Assembly: GCA_963845185.1 (NCBI GenBank)
Contig: CAWJRG010000005.1
Location: 224,001 to 288,000 of the forward strand
From: an uncultured bacterium
Lineage (GTDB): Bacteria; Oederibacteriota; PGYV01; CAWJRG01
DNA: 64,000 nt
Reading direction: 5' to 3'
Shown: positions 59,324 to 64,000 of the stretch, piece by piece
Layout of the letters: each line of letters opens with the position of its first letter
Numbering within the stretch: the first letter of the stretch is position 1
The notes under the pieces: model-generated
The model's input: only the letters and a program-made list of their open reading frames with translations
What the model was told of the DNA's origin: nothing
Database searches by the model: none
Made by a program: the position numbers and the translations under genes

Positions 59324-61783
59324 TTACTTCATTACTGCTATTTTTCCATTCGCTTTCGCCTTGTTGCCGCCTGCCACTGCTTCCATCAAGTATATGTATA
59401 TTCCGCTCGAGACATCATTGTTATACTGGTTTTTTAAATTCCAGAATAATGTCTTATTATTGCCCGGAGGCGTATTTTGCTGTTCCACTTCGCCGATATA
59501 TTCCCCGCTGATTGTGTAAAATTTGGCAGTAACATCAGCGGTGCATCCGAGGTTGTAAACAATATAAACTCCTGTTGTGGACGGGTTTGGATATTCTGTT
59601 ATTTTATGGAAAGAAAAAGGCGGCTGTGTCGGCGTATACGTCGGAGTGATTGTGTAAGTCGGAGTGATTGTCATGGTCAAGGTAACTGTCAATGTCGATG
59701 TGAGTGTCAATGTCACAGTAGTCGTAGGTGATATATACGGCGTAAGCGTAGGCGTAATTGTTGGCGTCCCGCACGGTATGTCGAATTCCACCGGTGGATT
59801 TGAAAACATAGGTATTGGGTTGCTGCACCACGCCACTCCGCCGAGCCCTGCCGTATTGATAAATGTCCCGCAACTTGACGCAGTCGCCCACCACGTGTAC
59901 GAATCGCTGATATTCGATATTGCCCCCAGGCTCCAGGTCACCATCTGCGGCGTTCCTCCGGTTCCTCCTGCGACTGTCCCTGCTGATCCTACATAAGTCA
60001 GCCCTGCCGGTATAGTATCGTATAATACCGCGTCTGCTATTTCCCTTGCTGCTAATGCCTCAAAATTATTATACGAGTCCTGCGTGCTTCCGTCCTGATC
60101 ATTTCCCTGCTCTCCTATTCCCGGTCTCCAGTCAGAATAAGTGCCGTCGCACGACCAGTTTGGGTCCGTTTGTGCCCCGGAAATGTCGGTCCATGTTAAG
60201 GTATATGTTGCTGGCTCTGCTGAACCAAGAGGCCAAACTTTTGCATTGAATGTAAATCCATTATTACTTACAATTATTTTCACCCTGTACCATGTGCTGC
60301 CCTGTATTGTAATCGCATTGCTAAAAGTAGGCCAGGAAGCATTTCCACCCTGTACTTTTTGTATAGCAACATACCCGCCTGCCGGATTTTGGTCTATTGA
60401 CAAAAGCAGGGAATATGCGTACTGGTTACCGCCTGTCTGGCCGTTGCAGCGTATTACCACAAGCCCGTCTGCCCCGGGGTATGATCCCGGGTTAATATAA
60501 ACATCTGATTCAATTATGCCGTCGCAAAACTGTACATTATCCGTATTTCCATTAGGGTCGTCCAGCAGCAAAGAAGGATAATCCGATACTCCCGGTACGC
60601 TTCCTGTTATTATGTAGTCGCCTGTATTATTCAGATTGTTTACGGTCCACACCCCGTTTGTTCCGTTTTCCGGCATGAATTTCCATCCTGGCGGAGGCGA
60701 GCTGTTGTAGACCGTGCCTGAAGTTAAATCGTCAAACGTCCTAATTGCCTTCAGCGCATAGTCGCCTTCATTTACCGAGTAATTTAATGTATATGTTACT
60801 GTCATCCCCGGACCCATTGTTTGGGTACCATTTACGCTTGCTGTTTTATTAAGCGACATTGACACGCTTTCAACCGTTGCGGAAGCTGTGGATGTACTGG
60901 TGTTTGGCCCGCTTGCGCCCGTGGCTGAATTTATCACTTGAGTACCGGCCGTTATTGGGCTGACCATCTGCAACAGCATCCATACAGTGCCTGTTGTAGT
61001 GTATGTTAATATCGGAAATGTCCATGTAACTGTGCCTGACGTGTCGCCTGCCGCAGGCGTTGATACGCTGCCGCCCGTGGGGTTTGGACCTGCTGAAACA
61101 AATGCAAGGCCTCCTGCAGGAATATTATCGGTTATTGTAAACGGCGTTGTATTGTTACCGTATGAATAATCTATAGAATAAAGTATAAGGTCTCCCGGCA
61201 GCGCCAAAGTGCCGTCAACCCTCTTGTTTATGCCTACAGAGTCTGCCGGCGGCGGCGGAACATATACAGTGAACGGCACACAAGCCTGGTTGTCTATTGC
61301 AAGGCCTGGATTTGCATATATGTTGCAGTCCCTCACTGCTACTATGGCGTAGTATGTGCCTGTTGTCCAGTTTGCTGGCACAGTCATGTATATATTGGAG
61401 TCCAGGTCCGTAGATTGATGCCATGTGCCATCCCCGTTTGGCCCGTTCTGTCTGCCGCCGTTTACCTGCGCGTTGCAGCAGGCAACATCTATTCCGCTTT
61501 CATTTACAAGTATTGCCTGACCTGATGTGCCGGCTTTTTGCAATGCGCACTGGTTTGATAAAGCCGCGAAATAAGCAGTTTTACATCCTGTATTCGTGCC
61601 CATAAATTGAAATGTTATTGTTACTTGTTGTCCGGGCGATACATTGGTATTTGGTAAAACTGCCAGGTTCTGGATGGATGAAGTGGCAAAAATCGATGTG
61701 CTGAACATCAAACATAATGCTGTTATAAAAATCCGGAAATTTAAATATCTAAAAATAGAATTATTTTTTTTGTTCTTATTCAT
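59324..61783 (-). CDS. Secreted DUF11/lectin-like surface protein with YPNP/FlgD-Ig sorting domain (tandem paralogue)
   Basis: Shares YPSLLLDD..NTDNVQ.C, AYSLLLSID, DWRPG.GEQG with neighbour; C-terminal YPNP..WNLKN..SSGIY. Confidence 0.85.
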   Translation of the reverse strand: MNKNKKNNSIFRYLNFRIFITALCLMFSTSIFATSSIQNLAVLPNTNVSPGQQVTITFQFMGTNTGCKTAYFAALSNQCALQKAGTSGQAILVNESGIDVACCNAQVNGGRQNGPNGDGTWHQSTDLDSNIYMTVPANWTTGTYYAIVAVRDCNIYANPGLAIDNQACVPFTVYVPPPPADSVGINKRVDGTLALPGDLILYSIDYSYGNNTTPFTITDNIPAGGLAFVSAGPNPTGGSVSTPAAGDTSGTVTWTFPILTYTTTGTVWMLLQMVSPITAGTQVINSATGASGPNTSTSTASATVESVSMSLNKTASVNGTQTMGPGMTVTYTLNYSVNEGDYALKAIRTFDDLTSGTVYNSSPPPGWKFMPENGTNGVWTVNNLNNTGDYIITGSVPGVSDYPSLLLDDPNGNTDNVQFCDGIIESDVYINPGSYPGADGLVVIRCNGQTGGNQYAYSLLLSIDQNPAGGYVAIQKVQGGNASWPTFSNAITIQGSTWYRVKIIVSNNGFTFNAKVWPLGSAEPATYTLTWTDISGAQTDPNWSCDGTYSDWRPGIGEQGNDQDGSTQDSYNNFEALAAREIADAVLYDTIPAGLTYVGSAGTVAGGTGGTPQMVTWSLGAISNISDSYTWWATASSCGTFINTAGLGGVAWCSNPIPMFSNPPVEFDIPCGTPTITPTLTPYISPTTTVTLTLTSTLTVTLTMTITPTYTITPTYTPTQPPFSFHKITEYPNPSTTGVYIVYNLGCTADVTAKFYTISGEYIGEVEQQNTPPGNNKTLFWNLKNQYNNDVSSGIYIYLMEAVAGGNKAKANGKIAVMK

Positions 61784-62017
61784 TTCCTTTTCTTACCTCC
61801 AAAAAATTTATTCTTTCGAAACCGCAAAAATAACTCTAAAATAATTGCAAAAAAATCTTTATCAACTTAAACGAATTATACACCAGAAAATTGACTTTGT
61901 CATTATTTTTTTAATATCTTTTTTTCGCCATGCGGCACAAATGCAATTGTTTTAATTTGACTTTCATATTATAATATAATAATATGAAATCAAAATTCTA
62001 AACAGGTCGTGTAAAGA

Positions 62018-62950
62018 ATGGTAAAAATTGAAGACATAATGGTCAGAGATGTGCTCACAGGCAAGAAAGACGACGGCATTATTTCCCTTGTCGAAAAAAT
62101 GCAAAAACACCACATCGGCGACGTGGTCATAGTCGACATTGATAATGTCCCCATAGGCATTATCACCGAAAGGGATATTATAAGAGGGCTGTTTAATTTC
62201 AAGGAAGAACTTCTGCATAAAACCGCGCAGGACTTAATGAGCGCGCCTGTGGCTTCCCTGGAACCCCAGGAAGATATTGAGACAGCCGTTATTTTTATGT
62301 CGTTAAACAGGATAAAAAGGGTCCCTGTCACCCATGACAACAAACTGGTCGGTATCATAAGCTACATGGACATAACCCAGGCCTTAAGGAAAGGCTATTA
62401 CCTTCTCGAGGAAAAGGCTGAAATCCTGGAAGACAGGGTAAACAAGGATTCGCTCACAGGCCTTTATAACAAGGGCTACATGATAAAGGCGCTGAGAAAG
62501 CACATAAAGCTCGCCAAAAGGAACAATACCATGCTCGCGATAATGATGATAGACCTGGATTTTTTTAAGAAGGTAAACGACACTTACGGTCATTTGTGCG
62601 GCGACGAGGTGTTAAAAACCCTGTCAAACCTTTTGCGCGAAAAGTCGCGCGCCGTGAACATCATCTGCAGGTACGGCGGCGACGAATTCATAATCATCGC
62701 GCCCATGGCAAACTTCAAATCCGCGAATTATTTCGCGGAAAGGCTGAGGGCCGCTGCTGAAAATTACGAGTTTTCCTGTGCTGAAAACAAGATCCGCCTT
62801 ACCCTGAGCATAGGGATTGCCCTGTGGAACCCGAAAATCAAAAACGGTCGCGAACTCGTGAAACAAGCCGACCAGGCGCTTTATGCGGCAAAAAGGAACG
62901 GCAGGAACCAGGTCCAGACCGCAGGCCTGGAAGTAAAATACGTGGAATAA
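62018..62950 (+). CDS. CBS-pair + GGDEF diguanylate cyclase
   Basis: Two CBS repeats; DSLTGLYN, DLDFFKKVNDTYGHLCGD, RYGGDEF. Confidence 0.93.
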   Translation: MVKIEDIMVRDVLTGKKDDGIISLVEKMQKHHIGDVVIVDIDNVPIGIITERDIIRGLFNFKEELLHKTAQDLMSAPVASLEPQEDIETAVIFMSLNRIKRVPVTHDNKLVGIISYMDITQALRKGYYLLEEKAEILEDRVNKDSLTGLYNKGYMIKALRKHIKLAKRNNTMLAIMMIDLDFFKKVNDTYGHLCGDEVLKTLSNLLREKSRAVNIICRYGGDEFIIIAPMANFKSANYFAERLRAAAENYEFSCAENKIRLTLSIGIALWNPKIKNGRELVKQADQALYAAKRNGRNQVQTAGLEVKYVE

Positions 62951-63054
62951 ATTTCAGCAGGTTGCTGGCAAAAAATAAAAAAAATTTGCGTAATTTTATG
63001 TATTTTTTTTATCCCAAAAACCTTTCCCCTAACATCAATCAAATATAACGGTCT

Positions 63055-64000
63055 TTATTGCATATTTTTAATCAATGCCGATAATTTAACTATCTTCCTC
63101 GTTTTGTTGCCTGTGGTATCCGCGCCTTCAACCACGCATATATATGTCCCGCTTGATACTGTCTGCCCGCCTACGCTTTTTAAATCCCAGTTTATGCTGG
63201 CAGCGCCCAGGTCTCCTACAAGCGTCCTGACAAGCTCCCCTGCTATGTTATATATCTTTATCTTTATCACGCCGTTTGCGCTTGGCTGCCATGTGAATAC
63301 CAATGGTGTTGACGTATCGCCTGTGTACGGGTTCGGCAGCGTTTTAACTGTGCCGAGAACATCTGAGCTCCCTTCGTCCAGTATAGTAATTGACTTGCTC
63401 GCAACCACGCTGAAACCCGATTTTGTCTTTAACACAAGTTGTACCTCATATACACCGCTCTGTAGATAATCTCCCTGGGAGTTCTTGCCGTCCCATGTTA
63501 AAGGCGGATTTGACGAAGTGTAACCGATTGTTATCAGCGGCGAGCCCTTGCCAACCGGCAATACATAATTGCTGATGCCATTGGTATTGCTTATGCTCAG
63601 CGAAACCTGGTCGCTGCCGTTATATGGAGTTATTATTGTCTGCACAAGCTCTCCTGCGCTGTTGAATATATTTACCTGCACGTACTGGCTTTCGTTAATC
63701 ACTGATACCGGCTTCGTTATTATGTCCGTATGCCCGTACGGGTCTGTTGTCGTTTCCTTTATGTAATACTCGCCGTTTGCCACATTCTGGCCCGCGCTGT
63801 TTGTCCCGTCCCATGTAAAGCTCGCGTACCCGTTTTTCTGCTGGTCAGGCGTCTCCAGGCCCGGCACCTTTATTGTCAGCGCTGTACCCGAGCCGGGCGC
63901 CACCACTGCTGTCTGGCTGCCGTTTATCAGCAGCTGCACCTGCTGCGCTTCCTGCGATGTCGTAGTGCTTGCTATTGTTTTTACCAGCTCTCCTGCCTCG
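63055..64000 (-). CDS. 3' part of a secreted protein with tandem FlgD-Ig-like domains (5' end outside window)
   Basis: Frame stays open to the window edge (..EAGELVKTI..); three WD(G/L)..G...G.Y domains, the last starting LPNPY. Confidence 0.82.
   Translation of the reverse strand, partial: EAGELVKTIASTTTSQEAQQVQLLINGSQTAVVAPGSGTALTIKVPGLETPDQQKNGYASFTWDGTNSAGQNVANGEYYIKETTTDPYGHTDIITKPVSVINESQYVQVNIFNSAGELVQTIITPYNGSDQVSLSISNTNGISNYVLPVGKGSPLITIGYTSSNPPLTWDGKNSQGDYLQSGVYEVQLVLKTKSGFSVVASKSITILDEGSSDVLGTVKTLPNPYTGDTSTPLVFTWQPSANGVIKIKIYNIAGELVRTLVGDLGAASINWDLKSVGGQTVSSGTYICVVEGADTTGNKTRKIVKLSALIKNMQ

Noticed and set aside
56270..61783. DGR template/variable repeat pair
   Set aside because: Differences between paralogues are not adenine-specific and no reverse transcriptase is present
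1..64000. tRNA, rRNA, known riboswitches, prophage or transposase genes
   Set aside because: None recognised by eye; tRNAscan and cmscan would be needed to exclude them formally

Overview
A 64 kb window from a diderm bacterium of roughly 40% GC, almost entirely encoded on the minus strand. The gene content (PASTA-type FtsI, PorV-like barrels, YPNP/FlgD-Ig C-terminal cargo proteins) recalls uncultured lineages such as Ca. Goldbacteria/Firestonebacteria; this placement is inference only. 1-20.4 kb is a complete dcw cluster (mraZ, STAS gene, rsmH, ftsL, ftsI, murE, murF, mraY, murD, ftsW, murG, murC, murB, ddl, ftsQ, ftsA, ftsZ, amidase, pgeF). ftsI and pgeF each carry a 1-nt homopolymer frameshift, and FtsQ seems to lack its POTRA domain. 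The rest holds housekeeping genes (TrmH-family methylase, amrS, nifU-like, htpX/lemA, ABC exporter, purM, pheA, rluB, scpAB, trpS, site-2 protease, GT9, GT2, CBS-GGDEF). It also holds a T9SS-like set: five secreted proteins with a C-terminal YPNP/FlgD-Ig sorting domain, one with an ~830-aa Thr-x stalk, plus two PorV-like barrels. The most striking unannotated signal is non-coding. (i) A covarying hairpin family ('A', 5 clear + 2 degenerate copies) always ends within ~3 nt of a gene's Shine-Dalgarno sequence. (ii) A ~70-bp double-hairpin element ('B', 4 copies) is found only inserted inside other palindromic repeats, in three different host families, with empty host alleles visible in the same window. 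No rRNA, tRNA, CRISPR array or transposase gene was seen.
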